Source: Balanoglossus misakiensis (taxonomy: Eukaryota; Animalia; Hemichordata). Taken from it: a DNA stretch of 64,000 bases. Made by a program: the position numbers and the translations under genes. The notes under the pieces were generated by a model that saw nothing but the letters and a program-made list of their open reading frames with translations, was not told the origin of the DNA and did no database searches. Shown here in pieces: positions 36,899 through 49,698 of this stretch. Location of the stretch: the NCBI GenBank assembly GCA_040954595.2, contig CM082593.2:1895830-1959829 (forward strand), given 5' to 3'. Position 1 is the stretch's first letter. Every line of letters starts with the position of its first letter.

Positions 36899-39800
36899 TT
36901 ACACTGCGACATCGTCCTGGCAACCATTGTTTTCGACACCCTCGTCCTCAGTTAATTCTTCGGGATAAATTTTGTTTTGTCCCACTCTCCAAATATCTTC
37001 GTCTGAAACCCATTCTCGACGGTTCTGCTTCCGGAGTTTGTTCGACGAGGACCCGAAGCTTGACGAACTGTGCTTCGGTCGTTGTTTTTTCTCCGATTCA
37101 CGTTGGTCGCTCTCCTCGAAGTTGGTCGGGAGGGTTGGTCCGCGCTCGCCGTAATACGTGTACATGTCCACCCGCGAATCTCGGCCGCTGGTTTTCCTTC
37201 CTTCCTGCATTCGGTGCATTTCGAACGAGGCTTGGGACCCGAGATCGTCAGAATATTCCTCTAGATGAACATCCCCTTTCCTATAGCGCTGGGATCTCCT
37301 CTCCGGTGCTTTTAATCTGTTTTTATCGGCGGTTTTCTGAACTTCATCTTTTGGACGACGTGGAGATGACTTCTCAGGGGCTGTTTTATTTTTAGAAATT
37401 TCTTTGAAGCTGTCCTTTAAACTCTTTTGCCTCGCAACTTTCTTATTTTTCGCCGGTTCGGCGTCTTGTTTTATACTTGACGATGAACCAATAAGCCCGT
37501 TCATGTTGTACGAGGCTCCCCGATCTTCTATGTCTATATGTGTCGGCGGTAATGGCGTGATTTCCGTCGCGATGAGATCGGAAAGTCTGACGACAGATAC
37601 AGGGGCCGTGGTCGCCATGTACTGTTCCTCGAAAACGCAATACCGCGCCAGAATTCTGGACAACGCGATGTCCACTTTCCGGAGGAGAACTTCTTCCTCG
37701 GAAACGGACGAGATGGACGAATTGGAGTAGAGTTCGATGAGGTAAGGGACTGTTGCTATGACGACTATCGCTACGCTCTCGACTGTCGTGGTGAGTTCGG
37801 CCAGGACCAAAAACGTGAACATGAAACTGACGAAGAGGGAGATGGCGAAAAATTCCAGGAACGCGTGCGCGTACGCAGTCCCGATTGGCTTGACGAAATC
37901 GCAGACTTGTTTGAAGGTGTCTTTGGTGATGGAGTCGCGAGGAGCTTTGTCGGCAAGAACAGGTATTCCTTTGAAAACTCCTGCCTTCGCGTCGACAAAA
38001 CGAGGCATTTTCAACGGGTCTATGCCGACCGGGCTTCGCTTTCCACGTTTCATTTTACTCACAGGCACAATGTGTAGAGTGTCCCCGACATACGCGATGC
38101 CGGACGACGCCCTTTCCTGACAGGAGATATGGAAAACGGCGTTTTTCACACGGGAATAATAGTTCTGGACTTTGGCCAAGTAGTGACAAGCGTAAAATGT
38201 GATCGCGCACATCAATAAGAAGAAGGGGACTAGTTGGTCCTTGTATATGCAGAGACCCAGTACTGTGTAGATGCAAATTTCCGCCAAGAAATGCAACGAC
38301 AGGGCAACCACGAAAGCAAAGGACAGAAACCAGAAAGGGACCAAGTAGTTGACCACCGGACAACAAGACCCGGCGCTCAGTGACGTCACTTTCCTGATCA
38401 CCGTCAGGAGGTGATGGGTGCAGCTGACCAGTGGCGACCGTAGACAGCAGTTGGAGTCGCGAATGTTTCTGCAGTCGTTCAGAATCGCCTGGTGCAAGAA
38501 TCCGGCGACGCTCTCGTACACGATAGCCCGCCCGTCACACGTCACCCTGGTGATGTCGAAGAGGTCACACGACTTCGTGTAGTAATGGTGGAAGGTCTTC
38601 TCGTCGATTTCGATCGTGAGCGTGAATAAACTATCGGCTTCCGAGAGAACGACCAAAAATGACAAAATCATGTAAATTCCGTACACTGCCAGCGAATACG
38701 AAAACGGCAACTCAAAGTTCCGATCGAAGAAATAAAAGAAATTATTGGCCAGATCGTCACTGTACGGTACTTGCTTGAAATTGCTTCTGATGTCAGCCCC
38801 CTCAGCGGCGACATTGTATATCACGTACCCCAAATGACAAAAAATCGGCAGAAGTCCACAATATAGTAAAAATCGACCAAAACTGTACCAAAAAATCTGG
38901 CAACACGAACGCGACTCGTCTTGTGGTTTTCTGACCATGGAATGTCTAGCCTTCGTCGATCGGCAGATCATTGCGGTCAGAGAAACCGGCGAGTTGGGAC
39001 TGTCCGTCATAAGATTTTCGTCCTCGATGACAATTACTGTCTCCGATTCGTCATCCAGAGTGAAGAGTTTACCAGTTTTCCTCTTCGATGGAATCAGGTT
39101 CAAGAGGATGAACGGGAATACTGTAAATGCCACGATATGCTCAACCACAACCAAGATGAAGTACACGGACGAAAGCCATGTTGGTGGCGACAGTACTGTC
39201 ATCTCGTCGTCATGGTCACGACAGTGATAGTTGTAAAAGTCGTTATAGGAAGTCGAGTTGTCTGTTTGTTTCTGGCACAATAAATAAGTCCTCGTTCCCA
39301 AATTTGAAGAATCGACGATTAATTTCATAATGTCTGTGACCATACTTTCTTTGCAGATATTTGAGAGATTTTCGAGGTCGGCGGCGCATTTTAAATAAAG
39401 CTGCTGCTTCACTTTGTCGGCGTCGTCATTTGGCAACAGCGATGCTTCCACCAAAGCATCGTTCAGACTCAGATTCATGGGGATTTGTATTGCGTCAGTT
39501 CCAACAGTTAAAGCGCCTAAGGAAAGAATACTCACGGCTGAATTCAGCGTGACAATGAGGCGTCCGTGCGTGTCCTTCAGCCAATACCCGGTCAGTTTCA
39601 AATTCGCGAATGTCGTCTGCGTGTCCGAGAACGACCACATTTGTGTATCGTAGGTGGTATCCCAAGGAAGGTAGAATTGAAATAGGACAATCTTGGCACC
39701 TTTTGCGACGATACCGTTGAATCGTTCGGCAAGTTGCTCTGTCGAACCTGAAAGTGCCAACATACAGACTTGCTCAACGGAGGAATCGCAGTCAAGTCCG

Positions 39801-39916
39801 TCGTTATAGTAGTACACATCGCTGGCGACCGATGACACTCCGTTGGTTTGCAGAAAAATAAATAGCACCAACGCTGCCGTCAGTTTAGTACAATATCTTT
39901 CCTGACACGGGCGCAT
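36899..39916 (-). CDS. Uncharacterised 1005-aa multi-pass membrane protein (single coding exon)
   Basis: 3-kb uninterrupted ORF, more GC-rich than flanks, aaaATG context. Signal peptide (LTAALVLFIFLQ), Cys-containing ectodomain with N-glycosylation sequons, about 7-8 hydrophobic segments, and a long charged, probably disordered C-tail ending DVAV. Confidence 0.9.
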   Translation of the reverse strand: MRPCQERYCTKLTAALVLFIFLQTNGVSSVASDVYYYNDGLDCDSSVEQVCMLALSGSTEQLAERFNGIVAKGAKIVLFQFYLPWDTTYDTQMWSFSDTQTTFANLKLTGYWLKDTHGRLIVTLNSAVSILSLGALTVGTDAIQIPMNLSLNDALVEASLLPNDDADKVKQQLYLKCAADLENLSNICKESMVTDIMKLIVDSSNLGTRTYLLCQKQTDNSTSYNDFYNYHCRDHDDEMTVLSPPTWLSSVYFILVVVEHIVAFTVFPFILLNLIPSKRKTGKLFTLDDESETVIVIEDENLMTDSPNSPVSLTAMICRSTKARHSMVRKPQDESRSCCQIFWYSFGRFLLYCGLLPIFCHLGYVIYNVAAEGADIRSNFKQVPYSDDLANNFFYFFDRNFELPFSYSLAVYGIYMILSFLVVLSEADSLFTLTIEIDEKTFHHYYTKSCDLFDITRVTCDGRAIVYESVAGFLHQAILNDCRNIRDSNCCLRSPLVSCTHHLLTVIRKVTSLSAGSCCPVVNYLVPFWFLSFAFVVALSLHFLAEICIYTVLGLCIYKDQLVPFFLLMCAITFYACHYLAKVQNYYSRVKNAVFHISCQERASSGIAYVGDTLHIVPVSKMKRGKRSPVGIDPLKMPRFVDAKAGVFKGIPVLADKAPRDSITKDTFKQVCDFVKPIGTAYAHAFLEFFAISLFVSFMFTFLVLAELTTTVESVAIVVIATVPYLIELYSNSSISSVSEEEVLLRKVDIALSRILARYCVFEEQYMATTAPVSVVRLSDLIATEITPLPPTHIDIEDRGASYNMNGLIGSSSSIKQDAEPAKNKKVARQKSLKDSFKEISKNKTAPEKSSPRRPKDEVQKTADKNRLKAPERRSQRYRKGDVHLEEYSDDLGSQASFEMHRMQEGRKTSGRDSRVDMYTYYGERGPTLPTNFEESDQRESEKKQRPKHSSSSFGSSSNKLRKQNRREWVSDEDIWRVGQNKIYPEELTEDEGVENNGCQDDVAV

Positions 39917-42900
39917 TTTTGGTTTTTCGCTGGGAACTGGTCTCTAACGGTGCATATTGTCAAGAGAAGAAAAAGAGTCTTCTTGTTGGTCCATTGCTAC
40001 ATCAACACACCGTGTTTCTGACATGGTCCACCTGGTCTAAATCACAGCATCGCATGTCGACCTCCTTTTGGCCAACCTCCGATCGTGTTCCTAATCCCGT
40101 GATTCGATCGCGACACGCAGCTTGCACGGTACATTGCAAATATGACGGGGTCGATTCCCTTGGTTGGTCCTTAAAGCCCGGCCAACGAGAACAACACAAT
40201 AGCGAAGAACAGAACCATTGTGAAACGCGCAATAAAAGACAGACGAACAATGCTGCAAAACTTTCCCGGCCATAAAGTCACGACAGAGAAACTCCAATAA
40301 AACAAGAGACACTTACACGTACATGAAATGTAACCAAGTTAACGGGAACAGTAAGCGTGAGTCTTAATTAGACAGCGCATGCCTACACACCTCGGAGACC
40401 TTGTCAACTTTGGTTAAGGGTCCTCGGGGGAAAGAGTTTGCGTCACGATTCAAAGCAAAGAAAATAACAAACAAAAGACGAGTGGTGATCCCTCCTTATT
40501 TACCGAGGCTACCCTCATTGAAGATTTGTTAACACGGGTCTACATTCGTTTCTGTACCGTGGAGAAATCTCGTCAAGTGTCGTCTGCGTGTTTGTCGTTC
40601 GTATCGATTTTGGGTGAAATAATCCCCTCCATTTACGTGTTATGCCCGCACTCTTAAAAGATCTGTACTCATCGTATCGGACCGTGAAATAAAATCCCCG
40701 TTACCAACACAATTTCGAAGAGTCTGTATTGGTAGCCCCATAAATAATAGGTCATTACCTAGTTATGTGGTTCACATTGATTAAAACTATAGCAACGACT
40801 GAGATAGGTGTGACAGTAACTTTAAGCTGAGCACACAGTACTGTGTCAGACATTTTGAATCACACACGCTGACACGACACAGTAATAATTCAGCCAACCT
40901 CATTCTTCAACTTCGCCGTTGCAATCAAACACGACGGACAGCTTTGTGATTTGACCTTTGAAATTGAACCCAGTACCGAAATATTTTCACGTTGTCTCTA
41001 ATCACAATGTGTTAGTCCTAATAAAGTTTAGATTACGACTAAAATCGAATTTACAAAGAAGTAAATGAAGAGGCTTGAACTCTTGCTATCAACAGGTGGT
41101 TCAGGGGGTAATCACATTTTGACACGTTTGTCGGCTGACGGAGTCATTTCTGAATATTGTTTCGGTTTAACGATGGGGCGATATTTGCACATTATAGGTC
41201 AGTCTAATCACAGGTAGCACTAAAACGATAATTGATCGCCGACCGATGCGTTTAGACGTGGATTTACTTTAGGGTACTATTTCAATACAATCACATTTAA
41301 TCGTAAAATTCACTCTCGCCAAAAAGTCATTAAAACGAGAAAGTGGCCGCTTTCCTTGCCAAACGATAATATTCTCTCGCCATAAATGCCTGCGATAGAT
41401 CTGTATTTATTCATTAAAGTTTTCTCTCGTTTTTATCTGTTGAACCAAAGCAAAAGCGTTGACAAATTGATATACTTGGTTCGGCAAAGCATTTTCTGAA
41501 ATAAGGCACAAGCAAGGCACATATGCGGCCTTTAAATGGGTATATGTTATGCACAGACATTTGGTGTATGGTAGTTTGACTAACATTAATCGATATTGAA
41601 GGCAGCTAAGCATTTAGTTTACAAATATTTCACAAGGCGACGTGATACATGAGTTTCTCCGTCCGACGCGAATTCCAACACTATTGTGTATCAGCAGGGA
41701 CAAAGCGGTTGAACAGAAGGAGGTATCGTTGATACCTGCGATTCTGATTTATATGTATGGTCATTTTGGTGACCGGAAAAATGAAAATCGTGATCATGCC
41801 CAGTAAGCAGTCGGACGCATGAAGCCAAAAATTGACTTGTCATGCGCATGAGTTACCGCACACAAACTACCTATTCATATCACCGCCGTGTTTACAGCAC
41901 GGTTGAATTGGAGTAACAATGTGCGGAAATTCTTTCGGTTAATCCCTCTGCCAATGTCGAGAATACGACAGTTGATTCATTTGCGCTTGATTGATCGTTT
42001 CCTCTGGAACCTGGGGAGTCCCTTTGATATAGGCTACCTAAGCTGTTAGTAGAGTGTCAAGGACTCCTCAGCAAACTAAAATATTTATGAATTACAGAAA
42101 CAACTAAAGGATGATTAATTGGGTTAGCGTCTCCTTAATTTTTCTGTCGCTTCTAGAGGCTCGACCAATTCAACGGTCCATCAGGCAAGACACGCATCGC
42201 TACTGATGTGTGTATCAACATTTAAACACAATAGGCCGCTACAACAATGGAAACGGGAGAATGGAAAACTGTTCTCATTGTTCGCCACAAAACAGACGCC
42301 ATTGTTACGAGAACCGCTCTCCATCCTTCTTAGTCCTGAGCTCGTAAACATTCGTCAAACGTGAATAACAGTCTATATCGCTGTGTCGATTTCACGATTG
42401 TACGATTACAAAAGAAATCTCCCAGCCAACAGCGTCGGGTCTCGGAGAAGTCTTGTTAAATGCATCGCTCATGCACTGCGGCGATATTTTAAAACTAAAT
42501 GTCCACAAGCCATCTCTTGTGTTTGTTTCTCGCAAAGTACTATTAATACAGTGTATAAGCCAACGGGGAATCGGTGACATTTTAACAGGGGGCAAAGCAA
42601 CCCTCTGATAGGACTATGTTGACCTTACAAATCACTGACTGGTCGTGGATCCTGCCCGTGGATCCAAACTTTGATATGCCTTGCGGCTAGAAGTAGATTC
42701 ATCTGTTGATGTTATGTACGGTGTACAGCGGGTACACACTGAGATTATTTTTTTCAGAAAGAACGCTTTTTACCGACCCACAAAACGTGTTTGTAGCCTA
42801 AAGTTAGGATTTGGTCACTATTGTCTGATATCACATCGGTAAGGAAAATAACACCTGCTGTATTTAGTTTATAATTTTGTAGACGCGTCTCTGTTCTTTT

Positions 42901-45900
42901 CTGTGTCTTGCAATTTTGCATTTTTCCTGTGTCGCTAACATTGCGTCGATATACAACACTGGCGCTTCCGTTGCCTAGGCGACGAAATGCATTGCGTCAC
43001 AAATGTGACGAAATATGACGTCGTCATCGACCTTTTGTGCGAAAGCTTACTTTATGGTCTAAATTAAGCAGAGAACCATTCATAAAAAATCAGACACTGG
43101 CGACTCACCGAATGCAAAGGTCTTCTTGCAACGACTTGCGAAGTTCTCTGGTCTATGGCGTCGTGTGTGCGAACCAAAGCCGCCCTCTACCGATCGACGT
43201 AATTGTATTGCACATCTGCCATGAGCACCGTTTATAAGTCTTCCCACGTCGATCTGTTATAATTAAAGATTAATAATACATATGAATATAGTGTCACGAT
43301 TTGTATTAATACCACACGTGTCCCCCAGACAGCTCGGCTCGCATCTGGAGCGAATGTTTAGTGACAACGCATTAAATTGCCATATTTCATATTTTCTGAA
43401 TATAAAAAACGAGAAGCAGGAGTCAAGTAGACTTGATTTATTATAGTTGTTTGATTCCACATTTATTTTTAACTTCGCCTCCAGCCAGTTTAGAAATCCG
43501 GTCGATCACGTGATCATTTTAACGACCGAAAGCTCTGATCATGCAATGGTTTGAATGGGAAGGTGACTACTATGTCACACCTAATATGAGCACAATTTCT
43601 CTCGCGGCATGTGAATCACGTGTTCACTAAAATCACCAGTTGCGTTTGCCCAGCGTTTGAGCATGTGCAGTGATCTACTCTCCAAATACATATTATTAAA
43701 CATGTTAGCATACAAGATGGTGAAACATGATATTACTGTTGTGCGTATCTATCCTGCTACACCATTTTGAGCTACAGTCTCTAGACATGGGACATCCATA
43801 TGCATACCCTGAAGCACAAATTCAGAGATGCCACATTTTGAACTAATCTGTCAGTGAGAAAATCTCTAGAGGACTTTTACCAAATGCCAAATATCGGTTA
43901 GAGTGGTGACGATGGACGACAGGGACTACGAACATATCCACCTATTTATATGTATACAGCTGTTTGTATATGCACAGCCCCTCGGAGATTTGGCATCCAT
44001 GACAATCGCGAGTGGGCAATCTCCCAATGCTGCACACCTTTGTGCGACCGGAAGCGCGTGTCAAAATAAGCTGTACAAGGTGGACGTAAAGTCATTCACA
44101 GCACCCGCATCCTTGTATTGAAAATGTACAGTTGTTTCTATGAGCTCTGAAATGGTATTCCCTTGTCATGCTGCGCCATTGAATATATCAATGTTTGATT
44201 AACTTTGTGCATAATTTTTTAGAGATATCAAGTTACATTACAACAGTTTCTAATGATCCCATACTAGTTCCACACACGAGACACCAGAACAGAAAAAAAG
44301 TTAAGACGAGTTACAAACTCTCCCAGCATGCAACGCGCCGACCGAGGATGAACTGTTGCTTAGCATCGAGACGGCGCCAGACTGGAATACCTGTTGGCAT
44401 TTTCAGATCTAGCAACGAACAACTACGATTGGATCGGTTTAAATTCACACAGGATATACAAACCGTAGATACGGATATGGGAGATTGACCAAACAAATCT
44501 CAAAGACCCACGAAGCCTCCAGCTACGAAAATAACGCGGTTTCTTTCAATGATAAAATGGTGTAGCTTTACTGGCTTTTTACTATTTTAGTCAACCAAAC
44601 GGTGTACATTTACGCAATGTAGACACGTGACAAATGGAAAAGTTTTGAGGACTTCGGCCGTACATACATAACCTAAAACGCTTTCAAGAACAGGTCTATG
44701 CGACATTTGCCAATAAACAGCATACTTTTGCCAGTTAAACTTTTTTTCCGACTCGTATACTAAAGAGAAACTCATGTTTGCAACTGGAGAAAGTCCACCG
44801 CTTTATGCGGATGCCACGGTCTCTCTTCAGAAATAACTCCAACATGAATGCACTAGTAAACACACACGATTGTTCCGCTTTCGTCCAAAAATATCCGACT
44901 CAAGGGTTCTTCAGTCATTTGCAGGTGCGTAAGAGGGTCGCCTCTACACGACTATGCACACAGCCGCTCCAGGCCAAATTTTCAACTGGAATATAGCAAA
45001 GATAACGGCACTCTCTGCGCCCAGCACTGATATGGAATTAAATTGGCAGTAGTGAGATTTTTATCAAACGGGGATCGCCCCGACATGTGTTTGTGGCAGC
45101 AAAATTTCCATTCGGTTAAAATCTGCTAGAGTTGGAGACCATTGTTCAGTGCTGGAGTGCTCCCAGTCACTGCTATCAGAACAACTGAGTCACGTGACTG
45201 TTCAAAACCTTGCCATTTTGGTTTAAACCTACATACAGCGGATTTCTTGGAAGCTATTCTTGGTTTTAAACTGATTGTCTTCATTAAAACTGTCTGCGAA
45301 TGTACTAAGCTGTGGCCTTCATACTGAGAATACCTGTTGGCAGATGGAGCGCGCTCTTGTACAGGTTCTTGTACTGTTTGTAACAACCTCTTACTGTAGT
45401 ATTTTAGTAAAAACCCTTCTATATACTACTACCACTTCATGGTGTTTACTCAAAACCCAACATATCAGACGTCCGTTCACGCGCCAGTTTGTCCACATAC
45501 GACTATAATTACACGGCATGTTCCACAACAAACGCCGCCAGTTTTCTCCTTGGGAGCATTTACGACATTTTTCACTCGCCTTCTCTTCATAGATTGCGAA
45601 CATATATAACGGTTAATGGAGATCTCCTAATGCACAGCTATTGTTTTGTCAAGTGTGCCGTCAACGAGACAAAGACAGACCCTTCAGACGTAGGGGTATG
45701 TCGATAATATCTGTCTTGTTTGTTCCTGTAGGCAACCCTCTCCCCCATCCTGCCTGCATGTAAACCTCGATTGCAGTCTGAACACTAATATCTTTCAAGA
45801 TAGTTTGGCTTTGTGTTTGTTTGTAAAGGGAGGATGCTCTTTTGTTGAAATGTTCGAGGACTCTTCAACAGCAGTACGCCAAGTACTGAGGCGTTTACCT

Positions 45901-48900
45901 ATCGTCATGGCAACTGCAACTGAGCCAAAGTGTGAATTTGTCATCGGTGATATCGGGGTACTAAGGCCTACTTTATCGTTCGAAAGGAGAGCAACTTGGG
46001 TCGCCCTATGTAAATATTCGCGATATCTCCTTAGATCTATATGCAACTGCAGTGTTTATGCCAAGGGTAATATACGTGTACTTTCAAATCAACGATTGAA
46101 ACCATCTATTCATCATCCAAAAATATAATAGCCCCATATACAATTTCGCTCATTGGGATCAGGTTAACTTTCAAAAATTAATTCGGGACCTGATATATGA
46201 TATTCATGTTTGGGTCGTCCGGGGAAATCAGCGAGAGGATGTTAGTATTTTGTACAGGTGACAAAATTAAGCGATTGATGGTATTAGTGTGCTGAAAAGT
46301 TTCACTCAAGGGGAAAAGTTTGAATCGGATGTTTATATCTTCAGATTCAGACAACAGAAAAAACTGTTTGAACATTAATAACTGGGCTCCGGCTATGCAT
46401 CATGCGCTTACAGATCAGTTCTGACGACACCTAAGTCCTACAGTTCAAACGCAAAATATAGGACACGCTTCTAGCATCACGAATCTGGTCGATAACGCGA
46501 GGCAGTGCATTGGCCAAACAGCAGAACTCATGCAAGTGATAAACAAAGCTAAACAGAGCCGACATGTACTGTTCACAAAGGCAGTGGTCTGCTATGGGTT
46601 GAACAAAACCAAGATCAGTGTGAAACCTTATCATTAGTTGTACTTAAATGTACACCTCTTGGATACAAACAAGGCAGTCGATCATGCACTCGACTTGACG
46701 CGTCTCCGAGTAAACGAGATGATATCAAAATAAACGGCTGCATTAATATGCACTTTACATTCGCATCCCTTACATGGAAATTCTAGCACGTGACCCCTTG
46801 TACTCCGAAATGCTAGCCTGATAAAATTTTGAAATAAATCACGTGATATTCAGAGAGGGCTTTTAAACTAACTGGACTGAACTTCTTTAAAAAGTATTGA
46901 TCATTATCTTTAAGTTTCTTATCAGGTTTTTTTCTAATACTCCACCAATATTCCGTAAGACAAAATAATATATCACCATAATTCATTTGTTCAAGAAGTC
47001 ACTAAATTACTATGTTTTTCACTTCTGGGATTTACATGTACATGTAATATTTATATTCATTATTCATGGATGAAGTGCCTTGAGGAAGGAAAAAACCCCA
47101 AAGGACCCAATCTTTGCCTCAGCGGCAAGAAACGTTGAAATAAAAGATGATTTTTTTTAAATAGCTACTCTGCGCACTTGTCAACATGGCAACGAAGCAC
47201 GATAAAGCGTGACGAAATTCTCCAAGATGGATCATGGACTTTTGGTTTAAAAGCAGCGTAAATTAAGGGATATGCTATTTAGATCCTGGGAGAGGTGTAC
47301 CCCCTCCCCCATTTTGCAATTTAACCACCCCTTCCAAGATCCCTAACCATTCAAGTTTCAAACCCCATAATGTGTATACTGAAGGTTTTAACAGCTTTTG
47401 TACATTGCGAAGGACAGAGCCCTTTCTAGAGAAATAACACTTGAAGGATTCTGAGAATTAAAGTAATCGAATGTTTTCAAAATTCAGCAGTGACGGACAA
47501 AGAGAATATCCTGCCGTAAAACTCATTACTTGGCAAAATGTGGTCATCAGTACTCTTTTACGACGCTGCCAGGAAATCATGCTGGAAATCTAAATGGCGA
47601 TTGAGAGTTCGTCTGCTAAAACAGTTATCCGTTTCATGAGGTTACCTCTGACTGATAAAGTAGATTTGATATTATATCCTTTGATGTTATGCCGCTCTTA
47701 ATGACAGACGATAATTGGATTGAAGTTAAACTCTGTAGGTGTCGCGATCACGTGTTTCCGGCAAGTCTGGAATTTGGCGTAACTGAGGTACAAACAAAGA
47801 CACAAAACATAAAATGTATCTGCTGAGTTTTATTCTGTTAGGAATGACCACAGACTGCTGTAAACATAAAGACTTAAGCAACATCGAAAACAAGAACATG
47901 AGAAAAGTTGACGTGAAAGACTTGGTGATGAGAGTGTACGGTCACTGCGGTTACAGCGACACATTTTATATGAATCATCCAAACACATGCATGCCGCCAT
48001 TTTGAATATGCGCAATGTTTTGCGTTGTGTAAGCAAAATGGTTGTCAGACATGTGGTACGACTACCGACACCTGGCAGGAATTTAATTGTGATGTAAATA
48101 TACACCACACATCAGAGGAAGGTTATGAGGTGGTTGAATACTCTATTTGACGGAATTATGGCTATCTTTTCTCTGTTGACACACACAGCTGACTTCCTTC
48201 ATATTTTAATATTACAGCAAATAGAGTTTTCAACCACCTTAAGTTTGAGATCGTGGATTGAATGGTGAAATTCTTCAACCGCCAGAGTTTGGCTCAAGAT
48301 AACTGCCATATATTCTGTGTTCCTTTACTTGTTAAACTAATTTGCGGCTATACCATCTGACAAATAGTGTTAAAGTCAGAACCCCTACATTCAACGAGGA
48401 TTTGGTGATTCTAAGGACCGAGTCAAATTCCTTGAAGGTTGCACACCGTTCCTTGGGGGCGGGGGAGGCTTGGAAGGCCTCGATGCGAAACCGGACGATT
48501 TTGTTAACTATACATCAACGCTTTGGGCGAAATAGTTCAACATCTATGTATGTCGAACTGCAAAACACTACAGCCTTTGAGATTGGACACCCAGCGGATA
48601 TAAATCGTTCCTTTAAATGGGTAATGCAGACCTCACGCGTGTACTATACGGTGTTCAATTTGAATAGAACATGAACAATTATTTAAACAAGAACATCTGA
48701 CATTGAGCTGCGCAATTTAGGTCGTTTAGAAGCACAAAATCCATCTGATGGAAGGGCTATTATAGGTCCCCAATGTAATACACATCCATTACAAATAATA
48801 ACGACTAACTATTTCTTGCTAATGCGTTTTTTCCATGACCAAATGGATACATTTTTCTTTATGACATGGCTGTCCTACAACTCAAGAAATAGCTGAGAAA

Positions 48901-49299
48901 ATGTATGCCATCATAACAATAAAGTAGAAAGAATATTTTACAGAGAAAAAAGGACAATAAGTGAAACTTTCATACATTAAATCGTTACCTTTATATTAAT
49001 AAATGATACAGTTTCATGTTGGAAACATTAATTATGTGCATTATATTTAACAGAATAGTTAGACTGTGTCGAGTAGTAAATATCGTTACTTGAACCAAAA
49101 ACTGTCTCAGGGGCAACATACTCCAGTATTTCTCGCCGGTGTCAACTTCTCACAGGATAGAGATAAAGGAAAGCAATCGTATAATTCCAAAGATCTTCAC
49201 GAGTGACATCTGTTCTGGGTACTGCTTAATCCGGAAGCAGCGGTCGTTCAAAGTAACAGTGTCAGTCAGAGGTGATACATTCCCCAGAGAGCGACCCGT

Positions 49300-49698
49300 T
49301 TACTGGGTCAGCAAAGTCCTGAGAAAATCGTAGAAATGCTGCCTGTCTTCTTGGGCCAGATCTCGTTTAGAGGTTCTGGACGTTTTCGCCGGCTCGTACT
49401 CAATAAAGGGGCTTGTTTCCTCCTGTTGGTCATCCGCCATCTTTTGCTGTTGTAGCATCATGGCCACTTCCCTAAACATTCTCTCCAGCGAGTCTGTTCG
49501 TCCTGGTGATGCATCCGATATGTCTCCATCCCATTGCGTGTACGGTTCGTTGAATTTCGACTCGTCCCTCTTTCCGAAAATTGGAGTATATACCTTGGAG
49601 TTTACAGTTTTCCTCTTCGCAACGGCATTGGACAAACACGTTATTACAAGAAGAAGACAAACGAGCCTCCCGTGCCGTATCGTGAGTGGATTAGACAT
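49300..49698 (-). CDS. Neuropeptide precursor (132 aa), predicted KTVNSKVYTPIF-amide
   Basis: ATG at 49698, 11 nt downstream of a strong acceptor (ttttctcttccag). Signal peptide RLVCLLLVITCLSNAVA, then KR-KTVNSKVYTPIF-GKR (amidation plus dibasic site), an acidic spacer, and a second KR before a 20-aa C-terminal peptide. 5' UTR exon not located. Confidence 0.85.
   Translation of the reverse strand: MSNPLTIRHGRLVCLLLVITCLSNAVAKRKTVNSKVYTPIFGKRDESKFNEPYTQWDGDISDASPGRTDSLERMFREVAMMLQQQKMADDQQEETSPFIEYEPAKTSRTSKRDLAQEDRQHFYDFLRTLLTQ

Noticed and set aside
36972-39653. Many + strand ORFs overlapping the 1005-aa gene
   Set aside because: Antisense shadows of a GC-richer coding sequence.
40300-49200. 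Short ORFs (e.g. 45805-46128, 47814-48005, 48342-48674)
   Set aside because: No recognisable domains or consistent exon chain; treated as intergenic.
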